Positions 1 through 11,242 of a DNA stretch of 42,540 bases are shown piece by piece (position 1 is the stretch's first letter; each line of letters begins with the position of its first letter). The translations under genes were made by a program, and so were the position numbers. The notes beneath the pieces are model-generated. The model saw nothing but the letters and a program-made list of their open reading frames with translations. It did no database searches and was not told the origin of the DNA. The stretch is from Selaginella moellendorffii (taxonomy: Eukaryota > Plantae > Lycopodiophyta). The stretch is taken from positions 1,379,439 to 1,421,978 of the forward strand of contig NW_003314307.1 of assembly GCF_000143415.4 (NCBI RefSeq), given 5' to 3'.

Positions 1-747
1 AAGTGACTAATTTTTCCATTCTACTTTAGTCACTTAACCACACCTTTGACCACTTGGACGAGTCTCATTCACAACCTCCATAAGTCCAATTCAAGACTTG
101 GGGCTTGCTAGCTTTGAGAATGGCATCTATGCCACTCAACCTTTGCACTTGGTCCAAGTGCTTTACATGTCCGATCCTATGACTAACACCCTAAGGTACC
201 ACCAACATACCAACCCATTATGCTAAGGCCATGCCCATTCACCTTGGTCACACCAATGGCCCAACATCACCTGCATTATAGTCCTGTCTCAAAGACTAGG
301 CCATCTGTCCAAGAGTGACCATCCTAAATCCAGGAATACAGTGGCACCATGTGTCATAAGTTTTAGTACATACAAGGACATTAGAACACTCTAAATATTT
401 TGGTTCTGTAATGATAATGTCCTCCACAACTGAAACCAGGTACAATATTGTTGGATTTGGTGATCCACCAAAAAAATGGCCAAAGCTGTGCATAAATTTA
501 ATCCTCATACTAAATGAGAAATGACAAATTAATGATATCATTCCATTGTTAGCTGTGTTAAGAGAGATGATAGAAAATATCCTAGAAGAATATTTTTTTA
601 GGATCTTTCATAAATGGCTGCTCTTAGGGTTTGAAGAATACCCAAATTTGAGAATCAATCTCCTTCAAAAACAAAAATGTTCCCTAATTGAAAGTTTCCA
701 CCCTTAAAATACTTTCCCCATGTAAACTCCTTTTTTGCCACTTAGAA

Positions 748-908
748 TGAGCTGGAAGAGCTTGTGAGTTTATTCAAGACATAAATGGGACAGGGTCATG
801 AATTTCATTTTGATGACACAGATGCGGTTCTGCGGGTCTTCAAGGCTAACTCCATCTTTGTGACCAAGGGTCTGATGGAGGACTTTTGAACCAAGAAAAG
901 AAGATGGT
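748..908 (+). pseudogene. Degenerate copy of exon 1 (header domain) of the NTPase-nuclease gene at 23262-26180
   Basis: Reads ELEELV-EFIQDINGT-GHEFHF..DAVLRVFKANSIFV..WRTFEPRKEDG with frameshifts and a stop, versus MEELVEFIEDIDGAEGHEFDL..YAVLRVFSATSISV..WRTLEPRKGDG in ORF 25905-26180. Nucleotide similarity is also visible (gcggttctgcgggt; tggaggact..gaaccaagaaaag). Confidence 0.85.
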
Positions 909-1200
909 TATGTCGGGCCCTAGATATATCTGGGCCCCAATGTGTCTGGGCCCCAAATATGTCTAGCCCTGAATATGTTGGGCACTCGAATATATCCGGA
1001 TATGTTGGGCCCTAGATATATTTGGCACTCGATATATCATGTCCGGGCCCCGATATCTCTAGGCCCTAGATATGTCAAACCCTCGATATGTTGGCCCCGG
1101 ATATATCAGGCACCCAGATATGTTTGGCTCTTGATATGTTTGGCACTTGGTATATCCAGCACCTGATATGTTTGGGCCCTACTAGCCCGGATATATCTGA
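909..1200. repeat. Degenerate tandem repeat, ~17-20 bp unit (GATATRTYYGGSMCY-like), roughly 15 copies
   Basis: Recurrent gatatatc/gatatgtt followed by gggccc/ggcac motifs. Confidence 0.8.
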
Positions 1201-1659
1201 GTTTTATTTTGACACGTGGCATGCATTTGGCTTATTCTTATTGTTAGAGTTTTATAGTTTTCAAAGTGTGCCATATTGACATGTGGCATGCCCTTTGGCT
1301 TCTCATAGTTGGAGTTTAGTGTCCTTGACCTTGTATGCCATATGACATACATATGTTTGTACTTGCTTGCTATGCCACATGGTGACATTATTTAAAGACC
1401 ATACACTTAAATGCTATGGAATAATACTCAAAGTTTATTTATTAAAACAATGATTTTACAAAAATAATTGAGACTCGTAAGGAAAAATAATAAAAGAGGT
1501 CACTTGGACTTCTCGGGTGGTCACCTAGCTTAATACTATTCAAGCCTAAAGACACTTAACTTTGGAGGTTTAATGGAATCTAGTGCCATAGTCACAATTT
1601 GAACCCATTCTAAAACATTTCACACTCCCCCTACTCTTATAGTGTGGGACAATTGATCC

Positions 1660-1900
1660 ACAATGTACCTCCACAATCCTGTGTTCTTGGGTGCCAAAAA
1701 ACACACCTGCAAGATGTGTGTACCTCCCCAACATTTCATGAAAACCACACATTTTGGGCCCTAAAACACACCTTACAAAATGTGGGGTACCTCCCCAACA
1801 TTTCATGAGGACCGTGCGTTTTGTGCCCAAAAAAATGCTTAGTGAAATCTGGGGTACCTCCCCAACTTTTTGTGAATAATCACACATTTTGGGCCCCAGA
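1660..1900. repeat. Degenerate ~60-bp period repeat
   Basis: (ggg)gtacctccccaacattt recurs at ~1663, 1720, 1783 and 1850, interleaved with acacattttggg. Confidence 0.65.
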
Positions 1901-2319
1901 AAAGCCCATGGAACACATAGCACTTTTCCAACTTTTTATGAAAAATCTTATGTTTTAGGCCCTTAACTTTCCCCTCCCTTTTTTTCCCCTCCCTTCCTTC
2001 CATACCATGTGGTAGGCTATGCAAAGCCTCCCCCCCCCCTCCCTCATGCACACGCAGGTTGAGCACCTTCTCCACACACTTTGTCCATCGCATGCTAGGT
2101 GGGGGCCCCTCCCCTTTCCTGCCGTGTGACGCTGGCCCTTGCCAAGCAGCCGTGCTGCCCCCCAGGCTTGCCTCCCTTGGATGCCCAAAGGACCACATTG
2201 CTGCCTCCCTCCCCCTCGCCTGATAGGCATGCAGATGTGGTCCCAAGGCCATGCCCATGGATGGCATAGCATGACTCTACCAAACATTGGAGTGGGTGCT
2301 AGGGAAGCCATGTTGAGGC

Positions 2320-3560
2320 TCTCTTTGCAGCCGAGAACTTTATTGCCAGATGCTTTATCTTATGTTTGTCATGTGATGGTGTTACAAACATGGTTTTGTC
2401 ATCATTTGAGTAAAGTGGTCAACAAGTTTCAGCAGTTGGTTGCACGTGCTAAAGCTTAGGATGCTGAGGTGATCTCTTATGAGACCAGATGGATGCACCT
2501 TTCTTATTGGTGCATGGGATTCTTTATTACAATAGGCGTGTATATATTTGCCATGGATGGATGTGTTAATTACTCAAGTTTTATTTTGCTATTATGATCG
2601 TCTAGAGCCCAGTCATTTTGGGGGGAAAAGATGTATGAGTTGATTAAATACAATTTTTTTTGGAGGAATATGAAGGCTAATATTCTCAAGTATTGTAAAT
2701 CATGTGAGCTTTGTCAGCAATGGGAAAAGCTGAAGAGACTTTTGCAACTTTTACCTATTCCTCAGAGCTATTGATATAGTATCTTTATAGACTTCATCAC
2801 TTGTTTGCCATGAACACAAAAAGGAGTAAATATGGGTTATAGTGGATCAGTTGATGAAGTATGTGCGGTTGTTAGCTCTTCAAAAGACTGTCACTGCCTC
2901 AAACTTAGCTATGGTCTACTTGGAGAAGGTTTTTTTTTATTTTTGTTTGCTAGAGGACATCATTAGTGATCAAGATTCAAAGGTCATAAATGGATTTTAG
3001 AAGAACTTTGCAAAACCTATATAAATGACTTTGAAACTCTCGAGTGGAAATCATCCTCAAGGTAAACTGAGTGTGTGAATTAGGTGGTAGAGGATATGCT
3101 ACATTGTAATGTTAGTTAAAGGCAAGGATAATGGAATTTATATTTTCCGTTGGTGCAATTTACTTATAACAATAATTAACACAATGGAACTAAACTAAAT
3201 CCTTACTTTACCATGTTTGAAAAGCATCCCCGAACAATGGTGGAGTTGAGATTACATGTGAGTAAAGATGTTTAAAACAAGCTTGATTTAGACATAACTA
3301 ACCTAGCCACAGAACTTGATGAAATTCTAATGGTGTGCAAATAAAATTTACAAAAAGTTTACTAATAAACATCACCAATTTTGAGAATATAAAGTGGGTG
3401 ATCTCATCTTTGTGTAAATGATCTTTCCATCAAGTGAGCGGCAAAACACCTTACTGCTTTCATAGACAAGGAAGAGTGACAAACTTTCCTATCAATATGT
3501 TAGTCAATATAAAATGCTAGAGCACATTGGTAAAGTGGCTTATTAAATGTGCCTTGTGGT
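2320..3560 (+). mobile_element. Degenerate Ty3/gypsy pol remnant (RNase H end plus integrase)
   Basis: Translated motifs LPDALS, SHFGGEKMY..FFWRNMKANILKYCKSCELCQ (integrase zinc finger), PIP..IFIDFITCLP, VIVDQLMKY, IISDQDS, SSGNHPQ, QFTYNN, YKVGDL and KLSYQYVSQYKMLEHIGKVAY, with many stops and frameshifts. Confidence 0.9.
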
Positions 3561-4308
3561 GAAACTCACAACCATTCATATGCTATTAATCTTAGCTGCA
3601 GAATTGGATCTTGAGCTCTTGGGACTATCTTACACCACAGTTGTGCTATGTTGCCAAAAACCACATGTATGCAAGATGCAATGATAGTGTCCAATTACGA
3701 AGCCTGCGATCACATCAAAGACACCAACTATGCCATTTGCATGTTAAGGATCATCCTCTGTTGGTGTAAGCTCACTGCATTTGTTTTCCAGCATTGTTTC
3801 AAGGAGCAGTACGAGAAGTGAAGACCAACAAGGACCATGAAAGCTCTGGTTTCTCAGTTCCATCTCCAGATGGAATGAGGCTCTTCCCACCTCAGCATGT
3901 AAGAATCGTTTGGGAGTTTAAGAGTTTCCGTGATGCTGAAGAGTTATGGATGACAAGCAAACTTTAATCTTGAACATATAGTTTTTGAGCTGTGACTGCA
4001 GGAGAACATGTTATATAACTGTCCTTCCATAACGCTTTCTTGAGAGGACGCAGCTTTCGACATATATGTACGCCTTCCAGATACAAGGTGACAGCCATCG
4101 AATCTTGAATCTTGCTCATTGGTGGTACAAGCGTCTTATCTCGAGCCTAGCCTCGCTCAGGTTCTCTGGTTTGGAGACGAAGTTGAGACCATTCCTGGCT
4201 CACCAGATGAAAGCGCTTGGATGTTGCCACCATTCTTGGCATGGCGAAGGACACATGCAAACCAGCGCTTGGAAGTTCATGTCCGGCGAAAAAGCACTTT
4301 GTACCGAT

Positions 4309-6758
4309 TTACGTATCAAATCTCCTCCTCTGGTGTTGTCTGTGAAAACCATATAAGCATGTTGGAGCACAGTTGATATCAGATATAACTCACCTCTTTT
4401 GCTGGGAGTCCTTGTTGGAACTAGGAGGAGAATTTGAGTTTGTAGAAGCCGCCACAAATCCCCGTAGAGGAGGTGTACTTGTTGTAGAAGCGGCCACAAA
4501 TCCCCGTAGAGGAGCACTAGCAGCAGCGACAGATCCCGGTAGCACGGTGTTTGTAGCAGCACCTCCAGCACTCGATGACGCAGCAACGAAGCTGTTCTTG
4601 AAGCGTGTCATCATTGACGATGATGGGCTTGAGCTCGCTGCTCCCACTCCAGACGACTTTCTAGCCTGATGGACAGGCGCAGAAGGATTGCTCGAGGCAT
4701 CCCGGCTGTAGCCAATTCCCAGGCCGTAATCAACACCACGAACTCCACGACCTCCACCACCACCTCCTTTTCCCCGTCCCCCACCTCGGCCTCCTCTCCC
4801 TGAATGAAACAAACAAGCACATCACGTCTCAAGCCTTGACTTCCACTTGTTTTCTTTACCTTTGCCACCTTTCCTCCGCCCTTCCCGTTGGGCCCTGAAG
4901 CGTCCATCCTGCTCAGAGAAGAAAGCACCAGTTAAGCGAAGTATAGAAAGAATAAAGAGAAAAATTACCTTCATTGCCAAGTCCATAAGCTCGCTTGGAA
5001 CGTTTTGCCCGGCGGCAACGAAGCCGTTCACGAGGTCTCCGGCAAAACGAGCCTCTTTCTGCGTCACCAAAGTGTAGGCAACTCCCTCCTTGTCACCAGC
5101 ACGGCCTGTGCGCCCAACCCGATGGACATGAGTGTCCATGTCCTTTGCAGTGTCGTAGTTCACCACGGTTTTGATAGACTTGATGTCCAGCCCCCGCGCA
5201 GCCACGTCTGTTGCAACTAGAACGTGAAACTGACCAGACTTGAATCCCTGGAGAACGTCCACCCGTGACGCTTGATCTTTGTCCCCGTGTAACGCCGCAA
5301 CCTTGAAACCGCTGTCCTGGAGGTGTTTTTCCAGCTCTTCCACCCTCACTTTGGTTGAAGCAAACACGAGCACGTCCCCCGCATCCACCATCTGCGGAAG
5401 CTTGCTGAGCATCCACTGGAGTTTGTCTGCGTCGGTTGCGACGATTTGAGCTACTTGTGTGACGTCCTCGTTGGCTCTGCCGACTTCTCCAGCAGTCACA
5501 CGCACGGGAGCCGAGAGAACTTCCCGTGCCAGAGTCTCGACTCTCCGAGGCATTGTTGCCGAAAAGAGAAGAGTTTGGCGGTCGGGTCGAATCTGTCCCA
5601 CGATGGACCTGATTTGAGGCTCGAAGCCAAGATCAAACATCCTGTCGGCCTCGTCCAAGACCAGATAAGTTGCCCGGAACATTGTCAGCGCTTTCATCTT
5701 GAGCATATCAATGAGCCTTCCCGGAGTTGCCACAACTATTTCGCAGCCTGCCTTGAGCTCCTTGAACTGGTCGAGCTTGGACATTCCGCCAAAGACGCCT
5801 GACACCCGGATCCCGTAAGGCTTCGCAAACTTTCTCGACTCGTTGAAGATCTGCTGAGCCAGCTCTCGCGTAGGAGCACATATCACTCCGATAGGACCCT
5901 CGCCTTTACCCAGCTCCTCCTGATCCATGATGTGCACGATCATGGGCAGGACGAAGGCAGCAGTCTTGCCTGATCCAGTCTTGGCAATGCCGATGATGTC
6001 ACGTCCAGACAGAACGATCGGAAGAGCCTGGCATTGAATGGGTGTTGGGTTCTCGTAACCCTGCTTGGTGATGGCACCCATAAGTAAGCTGTCCAAGCCA
6101 AGCTCTTTGAACTGCTTTACGGGCCGAGGAACATCGAAGCCAGATGTTCTTACTCCAATGGACTGTCGATAGCTTGTGACATCCTCTTCGCTCAATCCTG
6201 GAAGAGGAACACAAGAAAACTTTGTTATAGGCAGAAGAAAAGATCTGCTACGTTACCTGAGATTGAAGCGTCCTCCTCGTAAAAATCCTTGTCGAAAGGA
6301 GCGTATTGGAGCTGGCTATGATCCAGAGGCGCGAGCGGGTCGATCTTCTTGCGATCCGCAGTGATAATGGCATTGTCGTCCGAGTCGTAATCCACCATGC
6401 CTTTCTCCACGGCTCTGGCAGCGGCATAGACCTCCTCGTCGGAATCATAGCCAGCGTGAAGCGCCTCGGCAGCCAGAGAGAGTCCAGCATCACGGCGAGC
6501 TTTGAGGAATGTCTCCATCGGATCATCCTCCTCCTCCTCCTCTTCCTGGATCCTGGAAGGCTTGCTGCCGGGTGTAGGGATCCTACTTACCTCCTCGTGA
6601 ATGCCCTCCATGAATGCGTCGAGAGGATCCACTTCGTCCTCTCCTTTTTCCTTCTCTGGCGCTGCTGGCGCTGCTGGCGCCGACGGCGATCGATCCTCCT
6701 CGTACTGGATGCTGTCCAGATCGTCGCCATCGTCCCATCCCAGCCTGCTGCGCTTCAT
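4309..6758 (-). CDS. RH24: DEAD-box RNA helicase, DDX42/plant RH24 type; exons 6758-6257, 6197-4969, 4908-4860, 4799-4394, 4339-4309
   Basis: Q motif (GYENPTPIQ), AKTGSGKT, PTRELA, TPGRL, DEAD, SAT, ARGLD and HRVGRTGR. N-terminal EEEVDPLDAFM-like and IDPLAPLDHS segments are typical of DDX42. RGG-rich tail. The 54-60-bp GT-AG introns keep frame. Confidence 0.93.
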
Positions 6759-6780
6759 CCTCGCCTAAAGAGAAATATAT

Positions 6781-6789
6781 TTTAGGGTT
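6781..6789 (-). promoter_or_regulatory. Telo-box-like motif (AACCCTAAA) just upstream of the helicase ATG
   Basis: tttagggtt lies ~25 bp from the start codon. Telo-boxes are common near plant RNA-processing and translation genes. Confidence 0.4.
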
Positions 6790-7445
6790 CTTGAGAGCAA
6801 TCTAGGTAGGGCTTTGGGCGATGGCTATGGCGTCGATACGAGCTGCGCAGAGAGCGGCGCCGCTGTTCCGGCAACGCTTCGTCTTCACGCAGAGCAATCT
6901 GGGGGCAGGCGCAGCGCTTCGAGCTTCCAATGCGGCTATCGCGCGGCTGAGGTAGAGCTTTCTTGTTTTGCTTGAGTGATTATGGTGAGATTGGGATTGT
7001 TCTTCCTTGGCGGCAGCACCACGGAGCAATCTTTGGATACTATGCTTCCCAAGCACAGCGCCAGGGCTGCTTCTCGCCTCGTCTCGTGCATTTCAATGGG
7101 CTCCGTGCGTCACGGTGCCGAGGGTGAGCAAAATTTCTCCTTTGGTTTGCTTCTTTTCAATGAATTCTCTTGTTCGCGCAGGCTATTTCGTGCGCTACGT
7201 GAGCCCTTACTGAGGCTAAACCGGTACGGAAGGATGTGTACGTTAAGGTGTTTAGACGGGTCAGCATTTTGTTTTTTCATAAAATTTTTAAAAAAGGTTT
7301 GGTCTGTTGCAACTTCTTCCGCTGTTCTTGACGAGACTTTGCTTTGCTTTTGTGAGACCTGTGGACGCCGCCCGCCACCTCCGCTCCGCCAGCCCGGTGG
7401 ACGAGCGCCGCCTCTCCTGCATGGGCTTTAAAGTGGAGGAGGAGA

Positions 7446-9371
7446 ATGGTGCAGGCTGGGAAGGAGAAGCCAAGCAGGAGACCACCAAACCGAGCGCAGC
7501 GGCCCATGATCTGGCAGGATGGCATGGCCGAGGTGAAGGAGACGTTCCGGAGGGTGGCATTGGTGAAGCACGCTGGGTTCTCGGTGTGGGATGACCCGCG
7601 CAGGGGTCCCACGCTTGAGAAGATCTTACGGTGGAACAGGCAGGCCAGGAATTTGTCACAGGTGCCAAAGTCACTTCGAGAGAAAATCCCCGTCAAGGTC
7701 CTCAAGGAGATTCAGAACAACCGCTCGGTCACTGGCTACGTCTCTCAGACACACCTCCAGAACGTCAAGGGAATGTGCCAGCGGATCCACTCGCAAAAGT
7801 CGTTCAACGAGCGCCGGAAGAATCTCTACGACCCGACCATGTATCCAGTCTTCGTCCGCCGTCCTCCCACTGTGGCTTGCCTCATCGACACCTCCGAGCT
7901 GGACACCAGCCCGAGAAACATGCACTCTCACTTCCGGAGCCGCAGGAGGCCTTACTCGTCCCCCGCGTATGATCATATGGCTCCGCTCTCCTACACGCCT
8001 CAGCCGTTCAAGCTGCTCTACGATATCTCAAACGGTTCGTATCCAGTGTGCTCGTTCGCCAAGAGGCCCAGGTCCGGAGCTGCGGCACTGCCTTCCTCGA
8101 CCAGCTGCTACGGTCGAATGTTTAACAGGTCTGCGTCTGCGATGGCCAAGAAATCCGTGCTGGACATTGCAGAGGCTCTGGAGAGGCAGCGGGGATCGTC
8201 AGCTCCTACTGGGAACAGTCACCGGCAGCACAGGTCTCGAAGGCCGCCTTCCGTTTCATCGCCGTCGTCGTCAGCAAGCAGCACACCCAAGAGCATCACT
8301 ATGGGATGGCTGGACTTTAGAAGGAACAATGCGCCGCAGCAGGAGCTATCAAGCAACCGGAGCAACAGCAACGAGGGGGAGAGCAGGCCACCGTCAAGGT
8401 GCGCAAACCGGCCACCTTCCAGCAGATCGTCGTGGAGGATCAATCTGGTGGAGCGTCCGACGCTGGAGGATCTATCAAACCGCAGCACCTATTCGGACTG
8501 CGTGTCCCTCGATTCTCTTGGGATGCCGGTTCTCTTCTCCTCGAGAGCAGCCGACGAAGCAACCAAGCCCAAGGTCTCGGTTCCAAAGCTACGTTTGAGA
8601 GGTGGCAGCAGCCCGAGGAAATCTCAGGTGACATCCTCAGCGCTCAGTATCGTGGAGCACGCGGAACAAAGCAAGCAGATCGAGCTGTGCAGCGGCGTTG
8701 CGACGTGCTCGGAGGACGAGGAACTTCGGGTATCGTTTCAGCAGGAGCAGCAGGAGAGGCGGCCGAGACCATCCACAGCCAACGTCCCGCCGCTGGTGAA
8801 TCAATCCTCGGATGGAGAGTCCTTCTCGGAATGCAACTGGCGGCCGCAATCGGCATCCAATGCAGTGGGTCGCAGGGGCTCGAGGGTGACTTTCGCATCT
8901 CCAGTCGAAAGCAGATGGGATAGCAGCAACAAGTCTCGCCTCCGCAGCAGCATTGATTCTCCGGGAGAAGAACTTGCAAGCGGCGGAGAAGTGGAGGAGG
9001 AAATCCTGCTCGAAGAGGAGAAGGAGGAGGATGATGTGGTGGTGGTGGGGAACAAGGAGGAAGAACAGGAAGAACAGGAGGAGAAAGAGGAGGAGCGGGC
9101 CAATAGCAGCAACGAGGACGTGATAATCAAGCACTCGTCCGACCCGTACGTGGATTTTAAGAGCTCCATGATGAGCATGATTGAGAGCGAGGGGCTGGAG
9201 ATGGAGGGAAGTAGCAGCCAGGAATTGGACGAGCTCTTCCAGTATTACATGGATCTCAATCCTCGAATGCACCATCCCATTCTAGCTCGAGTCATCCGCG
9301 ACATCAAACAAGAGTTGGATGACCAGCGAGCCCAAAGTTCCAAACTCTCCCCCTCGTCAACTTCGATCTAG
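7446..9371 (+). CDS. OFP: OVATE family protein (641 aa, single exon, C-terminal OVATE domain)
   Basis: C-terminal IIKHSSDPYVDFKSSMMSMIESEG..ELDELFQYYMDLNPRMHHPILARVIRDI matches the OVATE pattern (K.S.DPY.DF..SM.EM..LEELL..YL.LN...H..I). It follows Ser/Arg-rich and acidic low-complexity regions. Confidence 0.88.
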   Translation: MVQAGKEKPSRRPPNRAQRPMIWQDGMAEVKETFRRVALVKHAGFSVWDDPRRGPTLEKILRWNRQARNLSQVPKSLREKIPVKVLKEIQNNRSVTGYVSQTHLQNVKGMCQRIHSQKSFNERRKNLYDPTMYPVFVRRPPTVACLIDTSELDTSPRNMHSHFRSRRRPYSSPAYDHMAPLSYTPQPFKLLYDISNGSYPVCSFAKRPRSGAAALPSSTSCYGRMFNRSASAMAKKSVLDIAEALERQRGSSAPTGNSHRQHRSRRPPSVSSPSSSASSTPKSITMGWLDFRRNNAPQQELSSNRSNSNEGESRPPSRCANRPPSSRSSWRINLVERPTLEDLSNRSTYSDCVSLDSLGMPVLFSSRAADEATKPKVSVPKLRLRGGSSPRKSQVTSSALSIVEHAEQSKQIELCSGVATCSEDEELRVSFQQEQQERRPRPSTANVPPLVNQSSDGESFSECNWRPQSASNAVGRRGSRVTFASPVESRWDSSNKSRLRSSIDSPGEELASGGEVEEEILLEEEKEEDDVVVVGNKEEEQEEQEEKEEERANSSNEDVIIKHSSDPYVDFKSSMMSMIESEGLEMEGSSSQELDELFQYYMDLNPRMHHPILARVIRDIKQELDDQRAQSSKLSPSSTSI

Positions 9372-10365
9372 GTGTCTTTAACGTAATTTTTTTCAATCAA
9401 GTGGTGTTTTCCTTGGCATTGTCTTGGTGTATATAATGGATTGTCATAGTATGGCATTAGTCTTTGTTTGATATAAGTAAGACTCACTGACTGACCCAGT
9501 GACCACAATCTTGGCAAAGTCATGATCGGGATCTTGGATAATGATAATCGCATGTTTAAAGGCATTAGTTTTTAAGGCTGGCCGACCGTGGAGAGAATCC
9601 AGGCATGCATGCTTGTGATTAGCTTGTGATGGCTTAGCTGTATTGGTGGCACTTGGCATATTCTTTTTTCTCCTTTCCTCTACCGCATAGGTTCGTTATG
9701 TGGATTCATGAACCGGACCACCGGGCGCCCATGGCCGTCCATTCGTCCGTCCCTGGCACCCATCCATCCGTCCGTCCATCCAGCCGTTATACGTTCTTCC
9801 CCAGCGGTGAAAGTGGCCGGGCAAGAAAGGAAGGGCTCTAGAACGGTTAGATGGGGGAATATCCGCGGTCACATTTTTACCACGAGGGGACGTGACACGA
9901 AATTTTGCCTCTCGGTTAACGTGTGAGATTTTGTCAGGGTTTATGTTTATGACTTGTGGGTGCAATGCCGCAAATTCTTTTTTTCTTTTACGTGAAATAC
10001 GTTAACGACCACATCCGCCGTCGATCGTGCGGTCGGATTAAAGGGCCCAAGTCCGAGAGTGGGGCATTGTGTGTTCTTTGCGCGAGGGAGGGCGTGGCGC
10101 GGCGCGGGCGAGTGGGAGCTAGCGAGCGAGCGAGGCGGCGGCGGCGGCGGCGACGACGCGTAGGCTAATCTTCTTGTTCCTTCTGGCGCCTTCGATCAAT
10201 CATCCATCGCGCGCACGCGCGCGTCTGTCCTAAGGTGAGAGATTTCACCATCGATCGGCGAAATATCCTTCGATTTCTCCCCATTCTCTCTTCTCGCGTG
10301 TTTCTTGATCGATCGATGGATGCCCGGTTCTTGCAGGCGATACAAATTTGCACATCTCGTGCATC

Positions 10366-11242
10366 ATGACCGCGACGATACTGCTCACTTGTGCGCTCCT
10401 CCTCATCGGCTGCCGATATTTCGGAGGTAAATCGCGCAATGTAGCCCCGGATCTGTGCTCGGCGATCCTAATGGACGTTTCTCTTGGCAGGAAACGCATC
10501 GCGGAGTGTCGGGAAAGATCCCGCCTTCGCTCTCTCGGGCGAGGCCATTCATCACAGGCTGGAGACAGGGTCCTATGGTTCATCTGACGCAAGCTCTGGA
10601 GAGGGAGATGGAATTCGCGCATTGGAAAGCCACAAGCTTGCTGCAACGTCCCGGAAGCTACTTGCTGGAAGTAAGCCTCTTCTTCTCTCTGGATTCCTTC
10701 TTCATGACTATAGATCATCGGGCTGTGTGTCAATGCATTATAGATTATTTATTCTCTTTGGTGTGATCGATGCTAGTTGCGTCGCGTGCGACTTGGGCCC
10801 TCTTTCTCGGCGACTCTTTATCTCTGCCTGTGTGCCTGCTTGAATGATCTTCATCGCGATCGAAGCCGGGAATGTTTGCCTCAATGTGGTCGATTCGATT
10901 CTAGCGGAACTAATTCCTCGCCTTTGGACATTGCCAGATTCGTGCACCAGCAAAGACATTAGCATTTCTCAAGGCCGCGACAGCTCGTCGTCTGGGATCC
11001 CGCAGTACGTTGTCCAGATCGTGAATACCTGCATGTCCGACTGTGCGCCTTCCAACATCCACGTCTTCTGCGGCTGGTTCGCTTCGGCGCCGCTTGTCAA
11101 TCCCAAGGCCTTCCGGCGGCTGAATTACGACGACTGCCTTGTGAACGATGGGAAGCCACTGAGACACGGCGAGATCATCCGCTTCCAGTACGCCAACTCC
11201 TTCATGTATCCTCTCCGGTTCAAGTCGGCCAAGTTCTGCTAA
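10366..11242 (+). CDS. TPD1-like: TAPETUM DETERMINANT 1-like secreted Cys-rich peptide; exons 10366-10426, 10491-10670, 10938-11242 (181 aa)
   Basis: Hydrophobic N-terminus MTATILLTCALLLIGC, SRKLL motif, then CTSKDISISQG..GIPQYVVQIVNTC..C..SNIHVFCGWFASAPLVNPKAFRRLNYDDCLVNDGKPL..FQYANSFMYPL. Splice phases are consistent. Confidence 0.92.

Noticed and set aside
909-1200. CRISPR-like array
   Set aside because: Degenerate units with no unique spacers, no cas genes and a eukaryotic context.
3560-4300. Possible gene remnant (ORFs 4066-4356, 4119-4376)
   Set aside because: Stop-interrupted, no motif I can assign, and overlaps the helicase 3' region.
7591-8598. 335-aa overlapping ORF and antisense ORFs within the OVATE gene
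   Set aside because: Alternative frames of a GC-rich CDS with no recognisable motifs.
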